Below, in pieces: positions 1 through 9,322 of a stretch of 54,610 bases of DNA (position 1 is its first letter; the number at the start of each line of letters is the position of its first letter). A program made the translations under genes and the position numbers. The notes beneath the pieces were generated by a model. That model was given only the letters and a program-made list of their open reading frames with translations. It did no database searches and was not told the origin of the DNA. This stretch comes from Bacteroidota bacterium (GTDB lineage Bacteria > Bacteroidota > Bacteroidia > AKYH767-A > OLB10), in assembly GCA_043758125.1 (NCBI GenBank), contig JAYVOC010000276.1, positions 1-54,610 of the forward strand, in the 5' to 3' direction.

Positions 1-123
1 CAAAACATCATGGCAACTTTCCTTTAGATGTAGCGCATCAACAGTATCCGAAGCAACGGTTTCATCTTTTAAAAAATGTTGCCCTAAAAACTTCTTGGCC
101 TTTACTTCGGTATATACTTTCAT
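1..123 (-). CDS. rsmA: 16S rRNA (adenine1518/1519-N6)-dimethyltransferase RsmA/KsgA. Only the N-terminal 41 codons are present, and the gene continues past the left edge of the window.
   Basis: This ORF is not in the supplied track. Manual reverse-complement translation from the ATG at 123..121 gives MKVYTEVKAKKFLGQHFLKDETVASDTVDALHLKESCHDVL. It contains the KsgA N-terminal hallmark K-K-x-L-G-Q-H-F-L-x-D. The ATG overlaps the TGA stop of the upstream ORF (ATGA). Confidence 0.75.
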   Translation of the reverse strand, partial: MKVYTEVKAKKFLGQHFLKDETVASDTVDALHLKESCHDVL

Positions 124-425
124 TTAACCACCTCTAATAAAGTGCGAAAAGCCACGAATTTATCTTTGTAACGAGAAGTATGTATAGCTTGTTTTTCAGA
201 AGCAAAATTCAATTTATATTTTTCATACTCATTCATGCTCTCACATAGATATTGTATTGCATAACTTGTTCCACCGGAATTCTCATCTGCAATTAAGCGA
301 TAGATATGATTTTCTAAAAACAAACCTGTATTTAAAACATCAGGAATATGAACATCGATCATCCATTTCAACCATTCATCTGCTACATCATTATCGATGT
401 TTACTGTTACATTATAAATAATCAT
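120..425 (-). CDS. Small cytosolic protein, DUF4286-like
   Basis: The 101-aa ORF has no signal peptide. Its N-terminus, MIIYNVTVNID..EWLKWM, resembles DUF4286 as I recall that family. It is tightly packed between the TPR gene and rsmA. Confidence 0.55.
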   Translation of the reverse strand: MIIYNVTVNIDNDVADEWLKWMIDVHIPDVLNTGLFLENHIYRLIADENSGGTSYAIQYLCESMNEYEKYKLNFASEKQAIHTSRYKDKFVAFRTLLEVVK

Positions 426-432
426 GCTCTAT

Positions 433-2265
433 TTAATTTACTTTATCACCACGCAAAATTCGGAATCGCTTTCTTGCATCTACAACATATAAGCTTCCAG
501 GATATTTAGTGATCAACAGTTCGTACAATACTTTTGCTTTGTCTTTATCGTTGAGATTATCTTCATTGATTACTGCCAATTGAAACAGTGCATCATCTGC
601 TAAAATATCTTCTGGATATTTATCAATGATATCTTGGAGAAATGGTACGGCTGCGAGAAACTTTCCTTCCTTTTTCAATATTTGCGCTTTCTTATACCAT
701 ACTTCATCCGTTAAAGAATTATTAGGATGAAATTTCAGCAAACTATCCAAAGCTAAAAATGCTAAGCTATCTTTATTTTGAAAACTCAATAAATCCGCAT
801 GTGCATAAAGCAACAATGCATCAGTAGTTGTGTCTTCATTTGTATTATCTGAAATCAAAAGGCCCAGCGCTAGAGCATCATTCGAAATAAGTTGCGATGT
901 TGCCGCTTTCAAAACACTTAGCTGACCTTTTGCCCATTCAAATTCTCCTAGGTAATACGATAATCGTGCGTTTCTAAATTTAGCTTCGCGGCCAGTAGCA
1001 TCATTTTTAAAATCTTTATCTACTTGTCCATAAAGCAAAGCAGCATCCCAAACCTGGCCAGAGAAAACATAAATATCTGCAAGCTCCAATTTACAGTCTG
1101 CAATAAATTGACTACCCATATTTGGAAAGTCAAGTGTTTCTAAAAGTAACGCAATCGCCTCATCTGTTTTATGCAAATAAAATGCTTCAAGATGAGCATA
1201 TCCCCGAATGATTGGAGCTGTAGTAACATTTTTTCCCAACTCATTTAACGTAGAGTTGTAATCCCCTTCTAATTTTAATAAATCAGCATTTGTATATGTT
1301 CCTGAATTAGTGATACGAAGGTTAACGGAATTGATCAGTTCCATCTTTGCATTCACATAATTTTTATTTTCTTTCCCTTTATCAACAACATATTGAAAAC
1401 ACTTTTCAGCAGTTTCATACTCTTGATTATTCACACACAGTCGGCCTAAAGAAATTGGGCGTTCACCACTTTCACTTAATCGATTATCAAGTGATTTAGC
1501 TTGAATAAATGCAGATTCATAATCCTTTTCTTGCAAGAATAGCCAATATAAAAATTCGCTATAACTATTTTCTTGAGGATTTTTTTGAATCTTACGCAAT
1601 ACAGCTTGGCGAATAATATCGGAAAGGTTTCCACTTAAATCATTAGCAATTTTATTTTGAAGAATTGTTTGAATATTTGGTAAATACGTTGGGCTAAACT
1701 CAAGCACACTAATGTACTCGTTCACCATTTCAGTAGGTTTACTTTGTTGTGCGTACACTTCAGCTAATTCGAAAGAAAAGGGATAGGCACCTTTTAATGT
1801 TCTTCGTCCTTGCAAATAAGTTTGTGCAGCATAATCAAAAAGTTGACGTTGTAGAAATGTACTTCCTAAAACATTCACTTGATTAATGTCAGAAGGAAGA
1901 TTTTTAATTGCATCTAAATAAACTTTTTTTGCTTTCTCTAATTCACCTTTAGTTTCGTATAAATTTCCTAAATCTACTTTAAGTGATTGATCGGTAGGAA
2001 ATTTTTTACTCTGCTTCTTAATCACTTTCTCTGCCTTATCGTAATCTTTAATACTGATTAAACATTTTAGATAATTTGGATAAGTGCCAAGTGGGTCTTG
2101 ATCGTATGCTTTCTCAAAATATATTACAGCCTTATCATAATCACTGGTGGAAAAATATTGGTTTGCCAATTCCACATTGCTTTGTCCTGATTGCGCATGA
2201 ACATCACTCACCGACAAAGCAATCAGGATTGAAAATAGGAGCGCAACTTTTATTAATTTATTCAT
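433..2265 (-). CDS. Secreted tetratricopeptide-repeat protein
   Basis: There is a signal peptide (MNKLIKVALLFSILIALSVSDVHAQ). TPR-like units recur throughout (YDKAVIYFEKAY, LEKAKKVYLDAI, YETAEKCFQYVV, and others). The start overlaps the serS stop by 1 nt. Confidence 0.8.
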   Translation of the reverse strand: MNKLIKVALLFSILIALSVSDVHAQSGQSNVELANQYFSTSDYDKAVIYFEKAYDQDPLGTYPNYLKCLISIKDYDKAEKVIKKQSKKFPTDQSLKVDLGNLYETKGELEKAKKVYLDAIKNLPSDINQVNVLGSTFLQRQLFDYAAQTYLQGRRTLKGAYPFSFELAEVYAQQSKPTEMVNEYISVLEFSPTYLPNIQTILQNKIANDLSGNLSDIIRQAVLRKIQKNPQENSYSEFLYWLFLQEKDYESAFIQAKSLDNRLSESGERPISLGRLCVNNQEYETAEKCFQYVVDKGKENKNYVNAKMELINSVNLRITNSGTYTNADLLKLEGDYNSTLNELGKNVTTAPIIRGYAHLEAFYLHKTDEAIALLLETLDFPNMGSQFIADCKLELADIYVFSGQVWDAALLYGQVDKDFKNDATGREAKFRNARLSYYLGEFEWAKGQLSVLKAATSQLISNDALALGLLISDNTNEDTTTDALLLYAHADLLSFQNKDSLAFLALDSLLKFHPNNSLTDEVWYKKAQILKKEGKFLAAVPFLQDIIDKYPEDILADDALFQLAVINEDNLNDKDKAKVLYELLITKYPGSLYVVDARKRFRILRGDKVN

Positions 2266-3539
2266 TAGTTAATTCTATCAAAACCTGTATACGGCACAAG
2301 TACTGGAGGGATACGAATACCATCGACAGATTGGTTATTTTCGAGGAGAGCAGCCACAATACGAGGTAACGCTAACGCACTACCATTTAGTGTATGAGCT
2401 AATTGAGGCTTCGCATTTCCTTCGCGGAAGCGTAATTTCAGACGATTAGATTGAAAAGATTCGAAATTAGAAACAGAACTTACCTCGAGCCATCTTTGTT
2501 GCGCTGCTGAAAAAACTTCGAGATCATAAGTTAATGCCGAGGCGAAACTCATATCTCCACCGCATAATCGAAGCACTCGAAATGGCAATTCTAGCATCTT
2601 TAAAAGTCCAGCAACGTATTCACGCATATCTTCTAAAATAGCATAACTTTTATCGGGATTCGCCACTTGAACAATCTCTACTTTATCAAATTGATGCAAA
2701 CGATTTAAGCCACGAACATGCGCACCATACGAACCTGCTTCACGACGAAAACATGGAGTGTAGGCGGTATATTTTATTGGCATATCTTCAGCTTTAACAA
2801 TCACATCTCTAAAGATATTCGTAATAGGTACTTCGGCCGTTGGAATCAAATACAAATTATCAATTCCAACATGATACATTTGGCCTTCTTTATCAGGAAG
2901 TTGACCTGTACCAAATCCAGATTCCTCATTGATTAAAATGGGTGGCTGAATTTCATGATAACCCGCTTTTTCAGCTTGATCGAGAAAAAAATTGATAAGT
3001 GCGCGTTGAAGCTTAGCTCCTTTGCCTTTATAAACTGGGAAACCGGCACCAGCAATTTTATTTCCTAGTTCAAAATCAATAATATCATATTTTGTTGCAA
3101 GTTCCCAATGAGGCAATGCATCGGGACCTAACTCTGGTAAAAATTCATTGTGATGATAAACAGTAATATTTTCTTCGGGAGTTTTGCCAGGAGGCACTAA
3201 AGTAGAAGGTATATTGGGCAAACGGACAAGCAGCGTATAAATATCCTTTTCCAATTTCTCCATACGCTCTTCCAAATTTTTTGTCGTCTCCTTGAACGCA
3301 ACACTTTGATTCTTTAGCTCATCAGCCGCAGCCTTTTCACCTTTACGAAATAATTCACCAATCTGCTTTGCTAACGCATTTTGCTCAGCTAACACATTAT
3401 CAAGTTCTGTTTGAGTTTTACGTTTGTCAGCATCGGCCAATAAAATTTGGTCTACTGTTTCACGGGCTTCTAAATTTTTTATTGCTAGACGAGCAATCAC
3501 CTCTTCCTTTTGTTCTCTAAGAACTGCTAATTGTAACAT
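2265..3539 (-). CDS. serS: Seryl-tRNA synthetase
   Basis: The 424-aa product has an N-terminal coiled-coil arm. Class II aaRS motifs are present (TAEVPITN, FRREAGSYG..RGLNRLHQFDKVE, GSALALPRIVAALLENNQ). Confidence 0.95.
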   Translation of the reverse strand: MLQLAVLREQKEEVIARLAIKNLEARETVDQILLADADKRKTQTELDNVLAEQNALAKQIGELFRKGEKAAADELKNQSVAFKETTKNLEERMEKLEKDIYTLLVRLPNIPSTLVPPGKTPEENITVYHHNEFLPELGPDALPHWELATKYDIIDFELGNKIAGAGFPVYKGKGAKLQRALINFFLDQAEKAGYHEIQPPILINEESGFGTGQLPDKEGQMYHVGIDNLYLIPTAEVPITNIFRDVIVKAEDMPIKYTAYTPCFRREAGSYGAHVRGLNRLHQFDKVEIVQVANPDKSYAILEDMREYVAGLLKMLELPFRVLRLCGGDMSFASALTYDLEVFSAAQQRWLEVSSVSNFESFQSNRLKLRFREGNAKPQLAHTLNGSALALPRIVAALLENNQSVDGIRIPPVLVPYTGFDRIN

Positions 3540-3630
3540 ATAATAACGTCAATAATTCAATTGCAAAGGTAGGCGATTTGAAGTATCACTTAAAAATCGA
3601 ATAGATCTACAATTCAGCTATTTTTGTAGG

Positions 3631-4443
3631 ATGCTCCAACAATTATCTGAAAGTGCCGATTGGCTAAGAAAGCAAGGCATTATAGATCCAGCAATTGGAA
3701 TTGTTTTAGGGACAGGTTTAAACCAATTGGCAGCGGAAATAAATACCGAATTAGAAATATCTTACGCTGACATTCCTCATTTTCCGTTAAGCACTGTTGA
3801 ATTTCATGAAGGCAAATTACGGTATGGCACATTAGCAGGAAAAAAAATTCTAGCGATGCAAGGTCGTTTTCATTATTACGAAGGGTATACTTTTAACCAA
3901 GTTGTATTCCCTATTCGTGTGATGAAAAATTTAGGAATAAATACTTTGCTTTTGTCAAATGCGGCTGGCACTTTAAACTTAGAATGGAACAAAGGTGATT
4001 TAATGTTAATTGATGATCATATCAATTTACAACCTGGCAATCCATTGATCGGAAAGAACGAAGATTCATTAGGAACACGTTTTCCAGACATGAGTTCGCC
4101 TTACGATCAAGAAATTAATAATCTGCTTTTAGCGATTGCAGAAAAACTAAATATCACATTACGAAAAGGCATTTATGCATCTGTTCCTGGTCCAAATCTA
4201 GAGACGCGAGCAGAGTATCGTTTCTTGAAAATAATAGGTGCTGATGCAGTAGGAATGAGCACTATTCCAGAAGTAATTGCGGCGAGACATTTAGGATTAC
4301 GATGTGCAGCGATTTCGGTGTTAACAGATGTATGTGATCCAGAAAACTTAGCGAAAGTTGATATTGCAGAAATCATTGCTGTTGCTGCTAATGCGGATGA
4401 TAAATTAACGAAATTAGTTACAACACTTCTTGCATCTTTATGA
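3631..4443 (+). CDS. Purine nucleoside phosphorylase (trimeric PNP/MTAP family, inosine/guanosine type)
   Basis: The 270-aa product carries GIVLGTGLN, MQGRFHYYEGY, SNAAG, GPNLETRAEYRFL and GMSTIPEVIAARH, which are typical of PNP family I. Confidence 0.9.
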   Translation: MLQQLSESADWLRKQGIIDPAIGIVLGTGLNQLAAEINTELEISYADIPHFPLSTVEFHEGKLRYGTLAGKKILAMQGRFHYYEGYTFNQVVFPIRVMKNLGINTLLLSNAAGTLNLEWNKGDLMLIDDHINLQPGNPLIGKNEDSLGTRFPDMSSPYDQEINNLLLAIAEKLNITLRKGIYASVPGPNLETRAEYRFLKIIGADAVGMSTIPEVIAARHLGLRCAAISVLTDVCDPENLAKVDIAEIIAVAANADDKLTKLVTTLLASL

Positions 4444-4973
4444 TAGCATATTATCATCAATGTTGTATACTAATTTTTCTTCCTGAAATAAATTTGACGG
4501 ATGAAAATAGTGATTGGAAAATAATTAATTCCAACATTAATCACATTCATGAAATCACAAAAAAATTTCCTGTGATAAAACATTTATATTACAATCAATC
4601 TTTAGAACAGAATGATATTTGGGAAAATGATTGTTATTCAAAATTTATTAAAGTAGGCAATGATCTTGGTGAGAAAATGGAACATGCATTTCAACATGCA
4701 TTTGATTGTGAGTTTAGAAAAATAATTTTAATTCATGCAAATACTTCTGGCATCATTTCTAAACATTTAGAAGAAGCATTAATGAGTTTAAAGTTTATTG
4801 AATTTAGTATTGGTCCGAAAAAAAATGGATCTTACTATTTAATTGGGATGAATCAATTGGAGCGTATTGTATTCAGAAATAAAGATTGGAATAGTGATAC
4901 GTTGTATAAATCAACAGTTAAAGATATTGGAAATCTTAAATATGCAATTTATAAGCTACCAACTCTAGAATAA
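4440..4973 (+). CDS. DUF2064 (TIGR04282-like) family protein, apparently N-terminally short and divergent
   Basis: The C-terminal two-thirds match the DUF2064 pattern (G.DLGEKM..AF, a LIHANTSG segment where GSDCP is expected, GPKKNGSYYLIGM, WNSDTLYKST). The start overlaps the PNP stop (ATGA). Confidence 0.6.
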   Translation: MIAYYHQCCILIFLPEINLTDENSDWKIINSNINHIHEITKKFPVIKHLYYNQSLEQNDIWENDCYSKFIKVGNDLGEKMEHAFQHAFDCEFRKIILIHANTSGIISKHLEEALMSLKFIEFSIGPKKNGSYYLIGMNQLERIVFRNKDWNSDTLYKSTVKDIGNLKYAIYKLPTLE

Positions 4974-5091
4974 AATTGAATTATCTATTGATGAATGCGA
5001 GGAATGAACGAACTTTGCGACGCATAAAAAGCACATAGAAAAAAATTAGTGATTAACTTTAATAATAGCAATACAGGAAAGACTTAAGATC

Positions 5092-6309
5092 ATGATGGAA
5101 TTATTAAAGCGTTTTGAAGATAAAAAACCAGAGTTAGTATTTGAATGGAATGATACACTTACGGATGCAACAGGATGGATTGTAATTAACTCACTTCGTG
5201 GTGGTGCTGCTGGAGGAGGAACGCGGATGAGAAAAGGCTTAGATCGTCATGAAGTAGAGTCGTTAGCGAAAACGATGGAGATAAAATTCACTGTTGCTGG
5301 CCCTCCTATTGGCGGTGCAAAATCAGGAATCAATTTTGATCCTTCTGATCCTCGTAAACTAGAAGTATTAAAACGGTGGTATAAAGCTGCATTACCTTTA
5401 TTAAAAAATTATTATGGTACTGGAGGAGATTTATTTGTAGATGAAATTCATGAAGTAATTCCTATTACTCGAGAGCTTGGTTTATTACATCCACAAGAAG
5501 GCGTTGTAAATGGGCATTTCAAATCTAAAGATACTGATCGCAGTGAGCGCATACAAAAGTTGCAAGAAGGTGTAAGTTTAATTGTAACCGATAAAAATTA
5601 TGTTCCGGCAGGAAAAGCATATCGTGTTGCAGATATGATAACAGGTTACGGTGTGGCGGAATCCATTTTACATTATTATAAATTGCAAGGTGAATCGATA
5701 ACAGGTAAAAAAATACTTGTTCAGGGATGGGGAAATGTTGGTGCTGCTGCTGGATATTATTTGTCGCAAGAAGGTGCAAAAATTACAGGAATTATTGATC
5801 GTGCTGGTGGTGTAATCAAGGAGGAAGGATTTAGTAAAGAAGAAATAATTTCTCTCTTTGAATCGCGATCAAGTGATATGTTTACTGGTTTCCTGAAACG
5901 TGAAGATATTAACGAAGCTTTCTGGAAATTAAAAGCAGATGTTTTTATTCCTGCTGCATCATCTCGATTAGTAAAAGAAGAGCAATTGAAAAGTTTAGCT
6001 GATGGTGGAATACAAGTTATAGCTTGTGGAGCGAATGTACCCTTTGCAGATCAAGAAATATTTTTCGGACAAATTGGTCTTTATGCTGATAATCATTTAA
6101 GTTTAATTCCCGACTTCATATCAAACTGTGGGATGGCAAGAGTTTTTGCTTATTTAATGTCGAACCCTGAAGACATTTCCGCGAAAGGAATATTTACGGA
6201 TGTTGCAAATATTATTCACAAAGCATTAGATAATGTTTATGCGATTAATAAAAACAAAACTGGAATTACTGCTACAGCGTATGAGATTGCATTAAAACAA
6301 CTAGTATAA
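5092..6309 (+). CDS. Glu/Leu/Phe/Val dehydrogenase-family amino-acid dehydrogenase
   Basis: The 405-aa product has a GG-rich dimerisation/catalytic region (RGGAAGGGTRM, IGGAKSGINFDP). It also has a Rossmann motif, VQGWGNVGAAAGYYL. Confidence 0.8.
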   Translation: MMELLKRFEDKKPELVFEWNDTLTDATGWIVINSLRGGAAGGGTRMRKGLDRHEVESLAKTMEIKFTVAGPPIGGAKSGINFDPSDPRKLEVLKRWYKAALPLLKNYYGTGGDLFVDEIHEVIPITRELGLLHPQEGVVNGHFKSKDTDRSERIQKLQEGVSLIVTDKNYVPAGKAYRVADMITGYGVAESILHYYKLQGESITGKKILVQGWGNVGAAAGYYLSQEGAKITGIIDRAGGVIKEEGFSKEEIISLFESRSSDMFTGFLKREDINEAFWKLKADVFIPAASSRLVKEEQLKSLADGGIQVIACGANVPFADQEIFFGQIGLYADNHLSLIPDFISNCGMARVFAYLMSNPEDISAKGIFTDVANIIHKALDNVYAINKNKTGITATAYEIALKQLV

Positions 6310-6333
6310 TTTTAGTTCGAATTTTAATTAAAG

Positions 6334-7446
6334 ATGTTAAAAGCAAATTGGCTTCAGTATTCAATACTCGACAATTCCGTAGAGAGTATATTTTATTTTT
6401 TACTCATCTTACTGCTAGGAATAGTTTTCAAACGTTTTGTATCAAATCAATTATCTGCATTATTTTATCGTTTCATCAAAAAACATACGAATGGTGTAGA
6501 GATAAAAAAATTTCAAGAATTACTTCATAAACCTGTTGGCTTATTCATAGTTTTTGTAACCATTTACATTGCTTTTCATCAATTACATTTTCCTGAAAGT
6601 TGGGAACTTCCAACAGAAGAAAAGTTTGGATTACGTTTTATCGTTTGGAAACTTTTTCAAATGGCATTAATGATTTCACTCACATGGATTATTTTAAGAT
6701 GCGTTGATTTTTTTGGATTAGTTTTAATACAAAAAGCAAGTAAAACTGATACAAGATCCGATGATCAACTGGTTCCATTTGTAAAAGAAGCGATAAAATT
6801 TATAATAGTTTTAGTAAGTTTTTTCTTTATGCTTGCTTCTATCTTTGAAGTAAACATTGTTTCCCTTATTGCAGGATTAGGCATTGGAGGTTTAGCAATT
6901 GCACTTGCAGCAAAAGACACATTAGAAAATCTATTGGGATCATTTGCAATCTTCCTCGACAAGCCGTTTTCAATAGGTGATCTTGTAAAAGTTGGCTCAA
7001 CGCAAGGAAGAGTTGAACGTATTGGATTTAGAAGTACACAAATTAGAACATTTGAACGCACCATCGTAACTGTTCCCAACAAAAAAATGATTGATGCTGA
7101 ATTAGAAAATATCAGTTTACGAAATATGATTCGTGCACTATTTCCATTAACATTACGATTAGATACACCCGTTGAAAAAATTGAGACGTTCATTCTTTCC
7201 ATTACTGACATCTTAGAATTACATCCGAACATTGAAGAAAATCCTACTCCAATTGTTCGTCTAGCAAAGATTTCAGAAACAGGAGTTGAACTGGAAGTTT
7301 TATTTTTTGTTAAAACTACTGATGCAGATTTTTATGTAAAAGTAAAAGAAGAAATTCTTTTTAAAATTCTTCGTCTCGCACAAAATAACGAGTTACGTTT
7401 TGATTCAAAATTGATTGAAGTTATTGTTCCAAAAACGATCAATTAA
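6334..7446 (+). CDS. MscS-family mechanosensitive ion channel
   Basis: Several N-terminal TM helices are followed by the conserved MscS core: LIAGLGIGGLAIALAAKDTLENLLGSFAIFLDKPFSIGDLVKV...G.VE.IGFRST.IRT. Confidence 0.88.
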   Translation: MLKANWLQYSILDNSVESIFYFLLILLLGIVFKRFVSNQLSALFYRFIKKHTNGVEIKKFQELLHKPVGLFIVFVTIYIAFHQLHFPESWELPTEEKFGLRFIVWKLFQMALMISLTWIILRCVDFFGLVLIQKASKTDTRSDDQLVPFVKEAIKFIIVLVSFFFMLASIFEVNIVSLIAGLGIGGLAIALAAKDTLENLLGSFAIFLDKPFSIGDLVKVGSTQGRVERIGFRSTQIRTFERTIVTVPNKKMIDAELENISLRNMIRALFPLTLRLDTPVEKIETFILSITDILELHPNIEENPTPIVRLAKISETGVELEVLFFVKTTDADFYVKVKEEILFKILRLAQNNELRFDSKLIEVIVPKTIN

Positions 7447-7497
7447 TTATTAAGGAATTCTAGAATAATTTTTTGTGATGGAATTAGGTAGAATAAT

Positions 7498-8289
7498 TTA
7501 CCAACTTCCTCCTGCGCCACCGCCACCAAAAGATCCACCACCAAAGCCACCGAATCCTCCTCCTCCGCTTGAGCCACCACCGAAACCTCCAAAGCCTCCG
7601 CTACCTCCATTAAAGTCTGACCAACGTCCTCTACTACGTGCACTTGCCGCATTGATAAGCGCCCATGCGGCCCAAAAAGGAATATTATTTAGTGCCGAAT
7701 AATTACGAACATTAGAAACTTTCATCACAACAATTATGACAATGAAAATTAAAAGTATAATAAATCCTGGTATATTATTTCCATTTTTTTTCGTTGGCGT
7801 TGCTTTGTATTCTCCTTTAACCAATGCGATCATTTGATCGGTGCCTTTATCAATGCCCTGATAATATTGTTTCTCTTTAAAAAACGGTTTAATATCGTTC
7901 TCGATAATTCGTTTGGTTAAGGCATCAGGCATTACGCCTTCCAAACCGTAACCAGTTGCAATAAACAATTGATGTTCGTCCATTGAAACCAATAATAAAG
8001 CACCATTATTTGTTTTTTTCTGTCCTATTCCCCATTGTTCAGCTAATTGAACTGCATATTCACTTGCAGGATATCCGTCGAGGGATTTCATAATCACAAC
8101 TGCAATTTGAGTAGAAGTAGAATCATTAAACGCTACTAACTTTCTTTCAAGTTGATCATTTTCATTCGGTGAAAGTGTATTGGTAAAATCATTCACTAAT
8201 CGCGGCGGATCAGGGCGTTTAGGATATTCTACTGCGAATAAGTGTGCAGAGATGAAAAGGAATACAATTAGTAGGAGTTTACGTTTCAT
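7498..8289 (-). CDS. TPM-domain protein (YgcG-like) with a TM helix and a glycine-rich C-terminal tail
   Basis: After the signal peptide come the TPM pattern (VNDFTNTLSPNE..LE.KL..F...TSTQIAVVIM.SL) and a TM segment. The tail is GGSGGFGGFGGGSSGGGGFGGFGGGSFGGGGAGGSW. It is the last gene of the LemA operon. Confidence 0.85.
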   Translation of the reverse strand: MKRKLLLIVFLFISAHLFAVEYPKRPDPPRLVNDFTNTLSPNENDQLERKLVAFNDSTSTQIAVVIMKSLDGYPASEYAVQLAEQWGIGQKKTNNGALLLVSMDEHQLFIATGYGLEGVMPDALTKRIIENDIKPFFKEKQYYQGIDKGTDQMIALVKGEYKATPTKKNGNNIPGFIILLIFIVIIVVMKVSNVRNYSALNNIPFWAAWALINAASARSRGRWSDFNGGSGGFGGFGGGSSGGGGFGGFGGGSFGGGGAGGSW

Positions 8290-8291
8290 TA

Positions 8292-8729
8292 TTATTTTCC
8301 AAAAATTATATCGTTTGGCAATTCATTTTTATCATCAATTTGATGAGGGAAATAATTCTTTAGTGCAATTCCTGATTCAAGAATTCCATGTGCTAAACCA
8401 TCTGTAAATTTTGACTCTTTAAAAGAAATAGCCATTTTTTCTTTGATCTTATTCCAGAAATCATCACCCACTTTAGCATGAATACCTGCATCACCGATAA
8501 TGGCAAATTTTTTATCAACTACAGCAAGATAAATAAGCACCCCATTGCGTAAATCAGTAAGATGCATATTTAGTTCAGCGAAAACAAAAGCAGCTCGATC
8601 TAACACTTCCATTTTACATTCATCTTCAATGTACACACCAATTTCTCCTGATGTCATTGACTCTGCTTGTTCAACAGCTAATCGGATTCGTTCGCGATCG
8701 GAATCGGAAAATAGATCTGGTGCTTTCAT
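8292..8729 (-). CDS. TPM-domain protein (cytoplasmic/peripheral type)
   Basis: The 145-aa product reads FSDSDRERIRLAVEQAESMTSGEIGVYIE...GVLIYLAVVDKKFAIIGDAGI, typical of the second TPM protein in LemA operons. The gaps to both neighbours are 2 nt. Confidence 0.8.
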   Translation of the reverse strand: MKAPDLFSDSDRERIRLAVEQAESMTSGEIGVYIEDECKMEVLDRAAFVFAELNMHLTDLRNGVLIYLAVVDKKFAIIGDAGIHAKVGDDFWNKIKEKMAISFKESKFTDGLAHGILESGIALKNYFPHQIDDKNELPNDIIFGK

Positions 8730-8731
8730 TG

Positions 8732-9322
8732 TTAAAACTGTACTTTAGGAGCGTGTTCTGCACCTTTATCAGATTGAAAATATGCTTTTTCTTTAAAGCC
8801 ATACATTCCAGCTAACATGGTTTGAGGGAAACTACGAACGTACTTATTATAATCAAGTACTACATCATTAAATTTCTGGCGTTCAACAGCAATTCGATTT
8901 TCTGTGCCTTCCAATTGCGCTTGTAATTCAAGGAAATTTTGATTCGCTTTTAACTGAGGATATTGTTCTGCGACAACCATCAATCGACCCAAAGCTGCAC
9001 TTAATTGACCTTGTGATGCTTGAAATTTAGCAAGTTGTTCGGTAGTAAGATCCTTAGGATCGACTTTAATTTGTGTTGCACTTGCACGAGCTTCAATAAC
9101 CGCTGTAAGAGTAGACTTTTCGAAGTCTGCAGCTCCTTTCACTGTTGCAACAAGATTTGGAATAAGATCTAAACGGCGTTGGTAAACATTATCCACTTGC
9201 GACCAAGCATTCGTAACTTGCTCTTCACGTTGAACCATGTTATTGTAAGTGCCTGCGAAGAAGCTGTAGCCAATGAATAGTACAACCACTACAACCGCAA
9301 GAATAATTAAGGGCTTTCTCAT
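8732..9322 (-). CDS. lemA: LemA family membrane protein
   Basis: A single N-terminal TM helix is followed by YNNMV..EEQV..AWSQV.NVYQRR.DLIPNLV..VKG.A.FE, the LemA signature. Confidence 0.9.
   Translation of the reverse strand: MRKPLIILAVVVVVLFIGYSFFAGTYNNMVQREEQVTNAWSQVDNVYQRRLDLIPNLVATVKGAADFEKSTLTAVIEARASATQIKVDPKDLTTEQLAKFQASQGQLSAALGRLMVVAEQYPQLKANQNFLELQAQLEGTENRIAVERQKFNDVVLDYNKYVRSFPQTMLAGMYGFKEKAYFQSDKGAEHAPKVQF

Noticed and set aside
3619-3626. A TATTTTTG match to the TAnnTTTG promoter motif upstream of the PNP gene
   Set aside because: It ends only 5 nt before the ATG. That would place the transcription start at or inside the start codon. This may be a chance match in AT-rich DNA, so it is not reported as a feature.
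6765-7232. A 155-aa antisense ORF inside mscS, plus similar antisense or overlapping ORFs elsewhere. Examples are 2076-2369, 2718-2936, 4173-4460, 5525-5779, 12125-12491, 20637-21326, 33261-33796, 35030-35278, 36085-36963, 39209-39888, 41177-41887, 49081-49395 and 52042-52305.
   Set aside because: All are embedded in, and out of frame or antisense to, long ORFs with clear family signatures. Their compositions are low-complexity or hydrophobic, as expected of shadow frames in AT-rich DNA.
7475-7702. A 75-aa proline-rich ORF on the + strand (PPAPPPPKDPPPKPPNPPPP...)
   Set aside because: It is the reverse-complement shadow of the glycine-rich tail (GGN codons give NCC on the other strand) of the TPM-domain gene at 7498-8289. 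It has no independent coding support.
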